Positions 12,166-26,079 of a stretch of DNA of 64,000 bases are shown piece by piece (position 1 is the stretch's first letter; every line of letters starts with the position of its first letter). The position numbers were made by a program, and so were the translations under genes. This stretch comes from Octopus bimaculoides. Its lineage: Eukaryota. Location: NCBI RefSeq assembly GCF_001194135.2, contig NC_069006.1, positions 17,783,036 to 17,847,035 of the forward strand, written 5' to 3'. The notes under the pieces are model-generated. The model saw only the letters and a list, made by a program, of their open reading frames with translations, was not told the DNA's origin and searched no databases.

Positions 12166-12661
12166 CAGCAGCAGCAATGCTAACACAGTTAACAGTTTAG
12201 GTGGTGTTGATGATGATGATGATGCTAGACAGTCCATATGAAACATTGTGTTAGGGTTCATTGAACCCTTTTGTTCCCATATTTCTGTTGAAATACACTG
12301 CCTTTGGCTTCAGTTAACTAGTGAAGAATTTATCAAAATAACTGTTCTTTTTAACCCTTTAAACATTCAGATTGCGCTGTCAAATGTATTGCTTATTTAT
12401 TCACATCATTTTGAATTAATCACGTATTATCTTTTAACTTAAGAAATCAAATGATGTGATTGTATATCTTTAGAATGACATTGTAGGGTAGGTATAAGAG
12501 GTTGAATCAGGTCATTTTTTTTGCCCAAGAACACAAGACATTACCTGGTCCAGGAATTGAAACCACAATCATATGACCATGAATGAAACATCCCACAACT
12601 TAGTCATGCACCCCTATGTATGTATGTGTGTATGTATATATATATATATATATATATCTCA

Positions 12662-12920
12662 TTGTGTCTGGGGAGAGTCCTTCTCTTTTGGTGCCTTATC
12701 GTTTAACACACTCACCAGTTAAGTTTCCACTCATTTACTTATTTATTTTTCCTAAAATTTTCATTGCTTCTTGCAACCTTTTCATTTCATTGACTATTGA
12801 AAAGGTTGCAAGACATAACAAAAACTTTACAAAAAAATAAATGAGTAAATGAGTGGGAACTTAACCGGTGAGTGTGTTAAATAATGAGGCACTAAAAGAG
12901 AATGACTCTCCCCAGACACA
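12662..12920. mobile_element. Fold-back MITE, almost entirely palindromic, inside (TA)n
   Basis: About 90-bp arms ttgtgtctggggagagtc...ccactcatttacttattt / aaataaatgagtaaatgagtgg...gactctcccagacacaa, plus a perfect 16-bp inner stem (12769-12784 / 12798-12813). Confidence 0.8.
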
Positions 12921-13301
12921 ACAAAATATGCTTCAACACATGGTCTCACATTAACAATCTTGCAAACCAAATTCAAAAACGAAATATATATATATATATA
13001 TATATATATATGGAGAGAGAGAGGTGTACTAAAATGTCACTTAGTAGCTTGCTGTAAAGCATTAGTTGTTTTACTGCTGGTAAAACAACAAGCAGTAAAT
13101 TTAGGCTGAGATGTTGTCGCAGTTGGAAGTCTTTCTGGGGGTGTGGTGACCTTATGTCTAGGCTTCTGATGCGCCCTTGGTATATTACTGCTACTTTAAC
13201 AGAAGGTTTCAAGTCAACAGCAGTGAAAGGCAACTGAACTGTAAATGATTCATGTGGTGCCAGTTTGGTGCCTTATGGGTTAGATTATCATTAAGGCAAC
13301 A

Positions 13302-13720
13302 AGCTAGCAGAATTGTTAGCATGCTAGGCAAAATACTTAGCAGCATTTTGTCTGTCTTTACTTTTTGAGTTCAAATTCCGCCTAGGTTGACTTTGCCTTT
13401 CATCTTTTCAGAGTTGATAAAATAAGTACCAGTCAAGATCAATGTAATTAATGTCATCCCAAGTCTTCAAAGCAGCTGCCCTTGTGCCAAAATTCGAAAC
13501 CATTATTATTATTATTATAGCAGCGATCTGGCAGAATCATTAGCACATCAGGCAAAATGCTTAGCAGCATGTTGTTCATCATTACATTCTGAGTTCAAAT
13601 TTCGCCAATGTCAACTCTGCCTTTCATCATTGCAAGTATGAGTTTCACACTGGGGCCCCGGTGTAATTGACTAGCTCCACTCCCCCAAAAATTTCAGGCC
13701 TTGTGCTTGTAGTAGAAAAT

Positions 13721-13755
<35 letters not shown>

Positions 13756-14105
13756 TATTATGGTCGTGAACTAAAAGAATCATTAGCTTGCTGGACAGAA
13801 TGCTAAGGATTTTGTCCATTTGTCCAGCTTTGTGTTTTGGACTCCGATTCTTTCATTTTGTCAGGGTCAATAAAATAAGTACCAGTTGAACCCTGGGGGT
13901 TGAAATAATCAACTAGGAGCTGGCAGGTTCCTTACTGTACCAGGCAAAATGCTTAGTAACATTTTAAACATCTTTACATTCTGAATTCATATTCCATGGA
14001 GTCTGACTTTTGCTTTCATCCTTTTGAGGTCACTAGGGTTAATATAATTGACTTATCACTGCCCCCAAAATTGCTGGCCTTGTGTCAAAATTTGAAACCA
14101 TAATT
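13302..14105 (+). mobile_element. SINE family B train of four decayed copies
   Basis: Repeated head / B box / central block units separated by (ATT)n tails near 13505, 13730 and 14105. Confidence 0.75.
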
Positions 14106-16091
14106 ATTATTATTCTGGAGGTACATAAATGCTGAAGTAAATCTGTTCCTATTTTCACAGATCTGTAAGTTTGTGTCTTGGATTCTATCTGTCAGTCTGT
14201 CTTTCTCTCTCTCTCTCTCTCTTTCTCTCACATACACCCACACACACTGAGAAAGAAAGAAAGAAACCATAAATAAAGCCAGACAATCACACAGGCAGAC
14301 AGACAGACTGACTGACTGCTGTGAACAGAATATAGTTAGTGTTAACTGACACACAATCATTGTAAGATGTCTGTTTGTTTTAGAAGACATATTATGCTGA
14401 CTTAATCACTAAACTACTATTAACTTTCCTTTCCTGCACACACACACACACGCACACACACACACACACACACACGTCTCTATATATCTATTGCAAATAC
14501 AGTAAATGTTCCCTTTAATATCACTGACAATTTCCTCCTCCTCCTCCTAAACCCTGTCCACCTCTTATCTTCTCTACTTGACATCTATTTACCACACCAA
14601 CCAGCAAGCCAGCCAGACACCCCAAACACACACCCCTATTGCTCCCCCCCCCACTCAGATGTGATGCAAGCCATAATTTATCACAGTTTTACTGCATCTA
14701 TCATCTGCATGTCATCATTTCTCTCTCTCTCTCTCTCTCTCTCATTGCACTTAAACACAAGAACTACCACCACTACCACCACCATCATCACCTCACCTCC
14801 ACTTGTTTCCACCATCAGCCATCCTCATTTTGGTTTTACACAATCTAAGCCTTGCATCTCTGCACCTTATGAGATGTGCTTTCAGAGAGGCCAGAGAGGT
14901 TACAATCTTTATTTCATTGATATTACATCATCAGTAGTTTTGTTTTTTGTTGTTTCGTTTTGTTGGTTTTCTTTTTGTTTCTGTTCTTTTGTTACTTGTG
15001 TGATATCTTCAACCACGATATTATTCGTAAAGACCTCATCCAACAAATTATTAATACTCTTCTCTCTCTCATACACACATACACACTCATACCTCTATCA
15101 GATACACCATTCACTAATTTTATTGTAAGTAATGAACTCCTCTCTACCCAGTACCTGCAGCCATAGTACGTCTGAGAAACTCTTAATTCCTCTTCACTCG
15201 GCACCAGCAGTCACTGTATATTTGAGAAACCCCTAACTTCTCTTCACTTAACACCATCAGTAGTCAGTCCTATGTCCAAGAAACCATAAGATCTTCTTCA
15301 TTCAGTTAAAGCCAGCCATCAGTTCTCTCCTAAAAATATTCCCCTTGTTGTTTGTTGCTGTTTATCCTTAGGTCAGACTTAGCATGCAGCAGACCTGTGA
15401 TCAAAAGTATTTATACTATGACCATACATTCATTTATCGAATAATGTGAAGGCAGTTTGACTGCTACTTCTTGCAGGTCAATCGATTATGTCAAGACCCC
15501 TTTGGCATGTTACTGTTGTTGCTGCCCAACTCCAGGGTGAGTCTTGATGAAGCAAACACGCACACACACACGCATGTAATGGTTTCAAATTTTAGCACAA
15601 GGCCAGCAATTTTAAAGGGAGAATTAAGTCAGTTACACTGACTCCGGTACTCAACTGGTACTTCATTTTATTGACCCCAAGGGGATGAAAGGCAAAATCT
15701 ACTTCAGTGGAATTTAGACTCACAATGTAACAAGCTTAAAGAAATACCACAGACGTATAATCAAAGATGTTTTTGCTATAACCATTCCATCTTATTTTTG
15801 TACAAAGCGTCCTTCATTTCTAAAACAAAAATCCTAAACTATGATTTGAGGTCAGCTAAGAGAATTGATACCGTCCCCTACCAACATTTTTCAATGATAA
15901 AAACAAAATGGACATAGGTGCTGGCATGGCTGGGTGGTTAAGAAGCTGGCTTTCCAGCCATATGGTCGTGAGTCCAGACTAACTGTGCAGCATGTGCTAG
16001 TGTCTTCTACTATAGCCTCTCACGAATCAAAGCCTTGTGAGTGGGTTGGTAGATGGAAACTGAAAGAATCTTGTGTTTTATATATATATAT

Positions 16092-16882
16092 NNNNNNNNN
16101 NNNNNNNNNNNNNNNNNNNNNNNNNNNNNNNNNNNNNNNNNNNNNNNNNNNNNNNNNNNNNNNNNNNNNNNNNNNNNNNNNNNNNNNNNNNNNNNNNNNN
16201 NNNNNNNNNNNNNNNNNNNNNNNNNNNNNNNNNNNNNNNNNNNNNNNNNNNNNNNNNNNNNNNNNNNNNNNNNNNNNNNNNNNNNNNNNNNNNNNNNNNN
16301 NNNNNNNNNNNNNNNNNNNNNNNNNNNNNNNNNNNNNNNNNNNNNNNNNNNNNNNNNNNNNNNNNNNNNNNNNNNNNNNNNNNNNNNNNNNNNNNNNNNN
16401 NNNNNNNNNNNNNNNNNNNNNNNNNNNNNNNNNNNNNNNNNNNNNNNNNNNNNNNNNNNNNNNNNNNNNNNNNNNNNNNNNNNNNNNNNNNNNNNNNNNN
16501 NNNNNNNNNNNNNNNNNNNNNNNNNNNNNNNNNNNNNNNNNNNNNNNNNNNNNNNNNNNNNNNNNNNNNNNNNNNNNNNNNNNNNNNNNNNNNNNNNNNN
16601 NNNNNNNNNNNNNNNNNNNNNNNNNNNNNNNNNNNNNNNNNNNNNNNNNNNNNNNNNNNNNNNNNNNNNNNNNNNNNNNNNNNNNNNNNNNNNNNNNNNN
16701 NNNNNNNNNNNNNNNNNNNNNNNNNNNNNNNNNNNNNNNNNNNNNNNNNNNNNNNNNNNNNNNNNNNNNNNNNNNNNNNNNNNNNNNNNNNNNNNNNNNN
16801 NNNNNNNNNNNNNNNNNNNNNNNNNNNNNNNNNNNNNNNNNNNNNNNNNNNNNNNNNNNNNNNNNNNNNNNNNNNNNNNNNN
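16092..16882. other. Assembly gap (N-run)
   Basis: Run of N. The other gaps are 19254-19477, 22799-23008, 28782-28791, 31557-32356, 40938-41501, 42611-42651, 46274-46380, 47511-47722, 53587-53802 and 63156-63249. Confidence 1.
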
Positions 16883-17001
16883 TTAATTACATATTACCAT
16901 TCTCCTCAGTGCAAACAAGAAGGGTACATCAGAAAAGTCATAACAGAAGAAAATTATGATGTTACAGGAAACTACATGGAGTCTGCGTCGCATAACTCAT
17001 T

Positions 17002-17060
<59 letters not shown>

Positions 17061-17970
17061 ATATATACAACGGGCTTCTTTCAGTTTCCATCTACCAAAT
17101 CCACTCAAGGCTTTGGTCGACCTGAGAATATTAGTAGAAGACACTTGCCCAAGATGTCACACAGTGGGACTGAACCTGGAACCATGTGGTTGGGAAGCAA
17201 GTTTCTTACCACACAGCCACTCATGGCCATGCTGGGGCATTGCCTTGAAGGGTTTTTTAAGCCGAATGAATCAACCCCGGTACTTGTTTCTTTTTTAAGC
17301 CTGGTTCTTATTCTGTCAGTCTCTTTTTGCCAAACCACTAAGTTACAGAGACATAAACGAACTATGTGTGCATGTATATATATATGTATATGTGTGTGTG
17401 TATGCATGTATGTTTGTCCCTTACCACTGCTGACAACCAGTGTTGGTTTGTTTATGTCCCTTGGCGAAAGAGACTGATAGAATAAGTAACAGGCTCTAAA
17501 AATAAGTACTGCTATTGATTTGTTCTACTAAACCCTTCAAAGTGATGCCCCAGCATGACCACTACTGTTAGAAGACTGAAGGAAATAAAGAAGGATTTGT
17601 CTGATGGCCACCCTCTGTGATTCGCTCCTTTGTTCAGCAACTAATTGCATGGGGAAGCGAAGTAAAAGCCAAGTCATTAAGAAAATATCTCATGATGAAA
17701 TTGTTTTAATCATATTCCTGTTTATTGGGCAACACCTCCACCCTCCGTTCCTTTTGCTATTTCTTTTTAATTGACTCCGAAGTACATTGCAACATCATAT
17801 TTCATATTTTACACTTGTTTGTCGGATGTTGTTGATAGAAATATTACCAGCCACCAGGTAGCTGTAGCAGTGTTGTAGTGATGGTTCTGTGGTGGTGACG
17901 GTGGCGGCGGCTCTGGTAGTGTTGTGGTAGATCTGTGTGTGTGTGTGTGTGTATTTGTGTTCAGTAGGTG

Positions 17971-18030
<60 letters not shown>

Positions 18031-19477
18031 TACATTTTTTATTGTTTACTTGTTTCGGTTATTCGACTCTGGCCATGCTGGGGCACTGCCTTGAAGGATT
18101 TTTTTTTTTTTTAAATCAAACGAAACACCCCAGTATTTATTTCTTTTTAAAGCGTGGTTCTTAGTCTATCAGTCTCTTTTTGCCAAACTGCTAAGTTACA
18201 GAGACATAAACAAACCAAAACCAGTTGTCAAGTGGGAGACAAATACAGACACAAAGATCACACACACATACGAAAGGTTCAGTCCCATTGTGTGGCACCT
18301 TGGGCAAGTGTCTCCTGCTATATAGCCTCGGGCCAACCAAAGCCTTGTGAGTGTATGTGGTAGATGGAAAGTGAAAGAAGCCTGTCGTATATACATATGT
18401 GTGTGTGTGTGTGCCTGTGTTAGTCCCCCACCACTGCTTTGTGTATTTAAGTCCCTGTAATGTAGCGGTTCAGCAAAAGAGATCAAAAGAATAAGTGTCA
18501 GCCTTAAAAAAAAAACAAAAAAAAACATAAGCAGTGGGGTCGATTCACCGGACTAAAAAATTTTTCAAAGCGGTGCCTCAATGTGGTAGCTGTAACAAAT
18601 ATAAGGTAAAAGAAAGATATATAAGCAGGACAGATTCACAGACAGATATGTGTGTTTTGGATATGTAAATGTAGTTACATACTCATGCACACCCATACTC
18701 ACACGTGCACACACATGGATATGAAATGTTATGTTTAGTAAAATGATACTGATTACAATCAACCTCCGCTCTTAAATCTTTCTCCCTTTAGTCACCCCAA
18801 CTCTCTGTCTCCCTATATATATATATATATTCTCCACTACCCTATATCGACTCTGTTTTTTCTCTTACATATCCTAAGATCTGGGTCTGTCACTATTGTT
18901 GCCTCACCCTTCCCACACTACATTTACCAACCGACCAGCCAGCCAGTCAACCAGGGTACATAGAGGAGCATATATTAATGTCACTAGTGGCTGGACTAAG
19001 AACTAGAGGGAGATGAGTGTGGGGTACTGTGACACTAGCAGCTGGATGGCATTAAGACATTCTTTGGAATATAGGGGACAGAGAACCATTCAAATGCATA
19101 CACTCACACATACACTCATACACACATTGTGCGTATTAGATATGTTTGCATGTGTGTGTGTGTGTGTATACACACACACACACACTAATTCATAAACATG
19201 TGGGAAGCAAATTGTTACCACACAGCTATGCCTTATATATATATATATATATANNNNNNNNNNNNNNNNNNNNNNNNNNNNNNNNNNNNNNNNNNNNNNN
19301 NNNNNNNNNNNNNNNNNNNNNNNNNNNNNNNNNNNNNNNNNNNNNNNNNNNNNNNNNNNNNNNNNNNNNNNNNNNNNNNNNNNNNNNNNNNNNNNNNNNN
19401 NNNNNNNNNNNNNNNNNNNNNNNNNNNNNNNNNNNNNNNNNNNNNNNNNNNNNNNNNNNNNNNNNNNNNNNNNNNNN

Positions 19478-19517
<40 letters not shown>

Positions 19518-19926
19518 GCACATAACGTGTGTGTGTGTGTGTGGTAGAAGCATGTCTGTATGGTAACAAGTTTGCTTCCCAACCACATGGTTCCTGGTTC
19601 AGTCTCACTGTGTGACATCTTAAGCTGATGTCTTCTACTATAGACCCTTGACCAAAGCCTTGTGAGTGGATTAGGTAAACATATGTCTACGTATGTTTGT
19701 ATTTGTCCTGCATCACTACTTGACAACTGGTGTTGGTTTATTTACATCCTTGTAACTTAATAATTGATGGAAAGAAACCAATGGAGCAAATACCAGACTT
19801 AATATTAAGTACTGAGTGTAATTTGTTTGACTTAACTCTTCATGGTGGTGCCCCAGCATGGCCACGGTCGAATGAGTGAAATGAATAAAAGGAAAGAAAA
19901 AAGAGATTTAAATCCACATTCATATT

Positions 19927-19961
<35 letters not shown>

Positions 19962-20419
19962 ATGTATTCTGTTTGATTGTCTCTGCTTCCTCTTTTCTGA
20001 TGTCCTATGTCTCATTCTAACTGTTTCCCCATATTCTATTGCCTTCCCTCCAGTCCTCTTAATCCCCTCCTCTTTCATATCTCATCACCATGTCTTGTTT
20101 CCCCCCTGCCTTTTACTGGACCCATTATCTACCACTCTTCTGGGCTATCCTCTTTACAACCATCCACCCACCCACCAACCAACATACATCCACTCAGTGT
20201 ATGTTTGTGTGTGTGTGTGTTTATGTATTAGAGAAACACTTTTATGGTATTGCTTAAAGAGTCCCTGTAGAGTGTGTTATGGTATCTGAACTTCCATTTG
20301 GTTGTTAATTCAGCTGAGTGGAGGTCTCTTGGGGATGAGGATGGTCTCTTAGGATCCTCCTATCATGTCCTAAACATATGCACTGGATAACCACAGTAAT
20401 TATGCCTCTCTTTCTCATC

Positions 20420-20420
20420 C

Positions 20421-20473
<53 letters not shown>
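20420..20473. repeat. (CA)n microsatellite, representative of many (CA)n, (TA)n, (CT)n, (ATT)n, (ACT)n and (ATCT)n tracts
   Basis: Direct reading. Other long tracts lie near 2770-3020 (degenerate ATCT), 52793-52843, 54527-54572 and 63086-63320. Confidence 0.95.
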
Positions 20474-20476
<3 letters not shown>

Positions 20477-21757
20477 GATTAAGACCCACATGTTCCTAGT
20501 CACATAATCTGGATATGCCTCTCTTGGGTTATATTATCACAAAGTGCTCCATGTTTAAAAGTGGTCAGGACTAAGGCAGTTGTCTACATAATTAATCCTT
20601 TTGTTAGTTTTTACATCCATTTTTTCCATGCTGGCATGGGTTAGGTGAATATATTATGAGGTGTTGTTTTACTGTTGGATGCTCTTCCTGTTGCTAACCG
20701 TAACCTGCTTTACAAATCAGAGATCCCATTATATCATGTCTTTGAAGGTGCAAAATGAGCAGACAGTTTGTTGACAGGAAAAGTAACAAGAACAAAAATA
20801 ACAGCAACACCACCACTTGTAGCTTGGAATTTTTGTAGTGTGCTTATTTAAACAAAACACACCAATACATACACCTCTCTATACATACATTCACAAGCAC
20901 ATGTAGTAATTGCCATCTCTTCAATTCGTAAATGCCTAGTAAGTCCAACTTTGACAGATGGATCCTACAGCAGATGTTACAAACATTTTCAGGCTAGAAA
21001 GTGTCTGGGATTGAAGTCAAGTCCTGTTTATGAAGTGTTTGTTTCAAGATGGATTGCTCAATCCTCTGCATATCAAATGCTTAATAACCATTGTAGATCA
21101 CTCTTTTCGAAACCAATCAGTCCTCTGTCAACTGTTCCCAGTTTTCAGTATTCATACTACTTCATAAGGTAGTGAGCAAGTAGAATTGTTAATGAAATGC
21201 TTAGCAGTATTTTGCCTATCTTTACATCCTAAATTCAAATCCAGCCAAGGTCAACTTTGCTTTTTATGCTTTTCAGGGCTAATAAAATAATTACCAGTTA
21301 AGCACTGGGGGTCAATGTAATCAACCCAAAATTGCTGGCCTTGTGTCAAAATTTGAAGCCAATATTCACACTAAGAGCCTTATCCATTTAGCAGTCAAAC
21401 CTGCCATATCCTGCCGAAATATTCTACCTGTTTTATGTTCAAACTGACAAGATCTGGCCTCTGCCATCTACCCTGTAATTTCATTCTTAAAATAAACAAT
21501 CAGTTCATCAAAATCTCAAGGCTACAAGATAATGCATGATTAATTGGAAACAATATGGATAGATAAGCATTACATATGAGAAGAATAGCAGTTTAGCAAA
21601 AGCAGACCAATAAAATAAGTACCTTCAAGACAGTACCTCAATATGGCTGCAGTTCAGTGACTAAACCAAGTGAAAGAATAAACAGATATCACACACACAC
21701 ACACACATATACACACGTGTGTGTGTGGCTGTACCAATGTGTGTGTGTGTGTGTATG

Positions 21758-21794
<37 letters not shown>

Positions 21795-23389
21795 TTACAC
21801 ACACACATGCATACTTACACAGAGGTATACATTACATATATACATACGCAAATATATGATATATATGCACACGCAGTTTTAAGCGTATGCATATACATAC
21901 ACAGTAGTGCTTGAGTGAAACGAATCAGTTGCCAGCCAGTTTCCAGCATCTTACTAAAAATACTCCTAGTGTCAGTTATAAAATGTTAATATATACCTTG
22001 AAGAAATTTCCTTGTATCTATCCACACCTCCTTTCTCCTTCTTTTTCTTTCTCTTTCTAAAAACAATCTAGGAAGTTAGTTTATCTCTCAATGTGGTGGC
22101 CACGACAGTCATAAATTACCATCAAACAAACTAATACACACTTCTTTCTCGCTTTACTCTATTCAAATAGAGATTTTACATCCTTTACCATAAATTTTCT
22201 TCATAGCTATTTGCTCTTGCTTTTATTGTCTTGTTTGGGTCATGGAGGTTTGGTGGTGGTGGTGGTGGGGGGGTATTGCCCCCCCTCCTTCTTTCTCTTC
22301 AAGTTCTTGCTGTGTTTTGTACATGTACTTTGTACAGCTTTCAGCTTTTAACTGTCATAATCTCTGGTATAGCAAGAAGCGCTATCAAACACCTACCTGG
22401 TTTTTAGTAGCTCATTAAATCAGAAAACACTTTGATGTGGAAGCTCTGACGGTTCCACCTGTTTTAATAACCGTTATCCAGAGGAATTAATTAGGGTTAA
22501 TTTCTGGTGTTTCCTTTTAAGATAACGCAGTTTTTAAAAGAACTACTTGGATGGCTTACTTATATCCATAATACTTTGCCATTATTATTTATTTCACTTG
22601 CAGAGTTTTGACAAATAGCTGTTGTCATTTGTGGGATGGATCTGGCTATTGGCCAAGATCAATTTGAACTCGGAACAGAAGGCCAGAAGATATACCACTA
22701 AACGTTTTGTCCAACAGGCTAACAATTCTGGAAGCTAGCCACCTTAAACAATAGAAATAAATAATCCTTTCTACTTTCAGACACAAGGACTGAAATTTNN
22801 NNNNNNNNNNNNNNNNNNNNNNNNNNNNNNNNNNNNNNNNNNNNNNNNNNNNNNNNNNNNNNNNNNNNNNNNNNNNNNNNNNNNNNNNNNNNNNNNNNNN
22901 NNNNNNNNNNNNNNNNNNNNNNNNNNNNNNNNNNNNNNNNNNNNNNNNNNNNNNNNNNNNNNNNNNNNNNNNNNNNNNNNNNNNNNNNNNNNNNNNNNNN
23001 NNNNNNNNTTTTTTTTCTTCTATCATGCAAACAACTCTGCCTGCTTGATGCCTAAATGATAATGGTTTCAAATTTTGGCACAAGGCCAGCAATTTCAGGG
23101 GTGGGGTTAAGTTGATTACATCAACTCCAGTGCTCAACTGGTATTTATTTTATCGACTCCAGAGGATGAACTGTGAAGTTGACCTCGGCAGAATTTGAAC
23201 TCAGGACACAAAGACAGAATAGATGCCACATTTTGTCCAGCACACAAGCAATTCTGTCTGCTTGTTTTTGTTACTGGGTGTGAATGTCTGTTGGTATCAT
23301 GAGAGTAAACAGATACATAATGTTGGCGGAAGGGAAACTAGAGGTTCAAATATGCTGGTTTTCACCATGGTATTTTCACTGGTCCTGCT

Positions 23390-24050
23390 AGTTGCTGGCA
23401 GAATCGTTAGCACACCAGGAAAATGCTTAGTGGCATTTCATCCATCCTTACGTTCTGAGTTCAAATTTCACTGTGGTCAACTTTCCTTTCATCCTTTTCA
23501 GATCAATAAATTAAGTACCAGTGGAGTACTGTGTCGATGTATTCAACTTAAGCTCTTCCTCAAAATTTGAGGCCTTGTACCTATAGTAGAAAGGATTATT
23601 ACTATTATTATTGGTAAGCTGGCAGAATCATTAGCATGCTGGGCAAAATGCTTTTGTAGCATTTTGTCCATCTTCACGTTCTGAGTTCAAATTCCACCAA
23701 GGTCAACTTTGCCTTCCATCTTTTTGGGGCTGATAAAATAAGTACCAGTTCAGTATTGGGTTTTATATCACTGACTTGTACCCTTCCTCAGAATTGCTGG
23801 CCTTGTGCCAAAATTTGAAACCATTACTATTATTATTATTATTATATCCATGGATAAGGCAATGGATTGGCAACATTGTTAGAGTATTGGATCAAATGCT
23901 TAGCAGTATTTCTTCCAGCATTTGCATTCTGAATTCTGTCAAGATGTAGTCTTTCAACCCTTTGAAGTTGTTGAAGTACAATACTAGTCAAGTACTTGAG
24001 GTTGAGGGTATTGTGTAACCACCTCCCCTTAAAATTGCTGACCGTGTGCC
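23390..24050 (+). mobile_element. SINE family B train of three copies (an inverted copy lies at about 23060-23265)
   Basis: Three head / B box / central block units, each ending in an (ATT)n tail. Confidence 0.75.
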
Positions 24051-24084
24051 TAAATCAGACATCTCTGTTGTAGCCAGGGAGATA

Positions 24085-24540
24085 TTTGTCTCTCATTCAG
24101 TGCCACATAAAAAGCACTGGTGCTGGTGCCAAGTAAGAAGCATTGGAACTGGTGCCACATAAAAAGCACCCAGTACACTCTGTAAAGTGGTAAGCAATTA
24201 GGAAGGGCGTCCATGCCAAAACTGACCTCACCTGTGCTTGTGCCCGGTAAAAAGCCCTCAGTCCTCTCTATTGAGTAATTGGTGTTAGGAAGGGCATCCA
24301 GCCACAGAAACCTTGCCAAAACAGACACAGAAGTCTGGGGCAGGCTCCTGCCTGGCCAGCTCCTGTCAAATCGTCCAACCCATGCCAGCATGGAAGGCAG
24401 ACATTAAACAATGATGATGATGATGATCCGGCCCTAGAAACCAAGTCCAGAACAAACAATGGAGCCTGGTGCAGCTCCCTACCTTACCAGCTCCTTATCA
24501 AACCGTCCAACCCATGCTAGCATGGAAAATGAACATTCAC
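24085..24540 (+). mobile_element. RTE-derived non-autonomous retroposon with a duplicated 3' tail
   Basis: GGTGTTAGGAAGGGCATCCAGC motif (typical of RTE 5' regions) and GTCCAACCCATGCCAGCATGGAA...(GAT)n tail. Related copies at about 31260-31556, 35050-35190 and 50080-50330. Confidence 0.65.
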
Positions 24541-26079
24541 TTAACATCTCTGTAGAACTATCCACCAGCACCATATGAAACCCTGCAGTAGTAGATCTAT
24601 TATCATTACGAAACGATAAACTTTTAAGTTTAATCTCACATAAAGCACTGTGCTGTCTTAACCTCCCACCTCTTTACCACAATGATTTACATTTCTTTTC
24701 ATGTTTTTCTTCTCTTCACATCTCTTTTTTCTTTCTGTCATTCTTTTGTGTTTGTAATCAGTTCTGTGGGAATAGACAGTCCAGTCAGCTGTACAATTAA
24801 TAGCTCATAGTTACTGATTCACTGGAAATCTTCAGAGACAAACTTATCTAAGGCGTCATCAGTAGTTTATAGAGAAAATGTTGTCATCATCATGATATAA
24901 TATTAAATATCCTTGAAGGATTTGGCAGAAAACTAGTGAAGAGTACTGTCTCAAACCATTGATTTCTTTTCCTGCCTTTTTGATGTATGTGGTTGCTTCT
25001 AACCCCTCTCCCTCTCTCCTTCTCTCTCTCTCTCTCTCTGTCTCTCTGACCTTTGCCATGATTATTCTATAAATTGATGTACATTGTTTTTTAATTTGCT
25101 ACCTTAATCCAAATGTAAATGTCATTTTATGTCAATATCTTGTATTTGGGACAGTTATATGGTCTCTGTATTAGTGTAGTGGCAGAAGTTGGGGGTGATG
25201 TAGGGAGTTATATTGATTAGTGGTGAGGGGGAGGAGTGCACAATGTGGTTGTTTTTGCGTTTGTTTTGTTTTTAATCACCTTAGCATCTGTTCATCCACC
25301 CACCCACCCCCCGTCCATACATATAGGTGCAGGTGTGGCTGTGTGGTAAGAGGCTTACTTCACAACCACATAGTTCTGTATTCAGTTCCACTGCACGGCA
25401 CCTTGGGCCAGTGCCTTCTACTATAACCTCAGGCTGATCTATGCTTTGAATGGATTTGGTAGACAGAAACTGAAAGAAGCCTGTCATGTACGTGTGTCTG
25501 TGTTTGTCCCCCGCCACTGCTTGACAACTTGTGTTGGTGTGTTTATGTCCCTGTAACTTAGCAGTTTGGCAAAAGAAACTGATAGAATAAGTACCAGGCT
25601 TTAAAGAATAAGTATTGAGGTTGACTCATTCAACAAAAAATTCCTCAAGGTGGTGCCCCAACATGATGGCAGTCTAATTACTGAAACAAGTAAAAGATAA
25701 AGATACATTCCTCCAAATATACTTCAGTGCTATTTGAAGGCCATATTGTTCTTTTAGCCCTAGGTTCCACCCTGACCCAGCAGAACTATGAGGGAAAGTA
25801 TTATAGCCAAGACTCCTTCACTCCTTTAGGACTAAATGAGCTGATCCAATGTATCTTTCTGATTTGAGGGAGATTTCTTTGCATTACTTATACTCCCTTC
25901 TGCCCCCTCCCCCCACACACATCTATATATTGCAGGTTCAGTTAATAGTATCCACTATGGTACTGAAATGTGATTGGCTAGATATTTTCTCCTATTGTTC
26001 AACTATGTTATGTCTCTAGCTGTTTGTGACAGTCAAACATTTATTATTCCATCCATCTTTTTTGCCTGCTGTACTTTGG

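Noticed and set aside
15934-17125. Long ORF-track calls (up to 350 aa) here and at the other gaps
   Set aside because: They are open only because they run through N-gaps translated as X.
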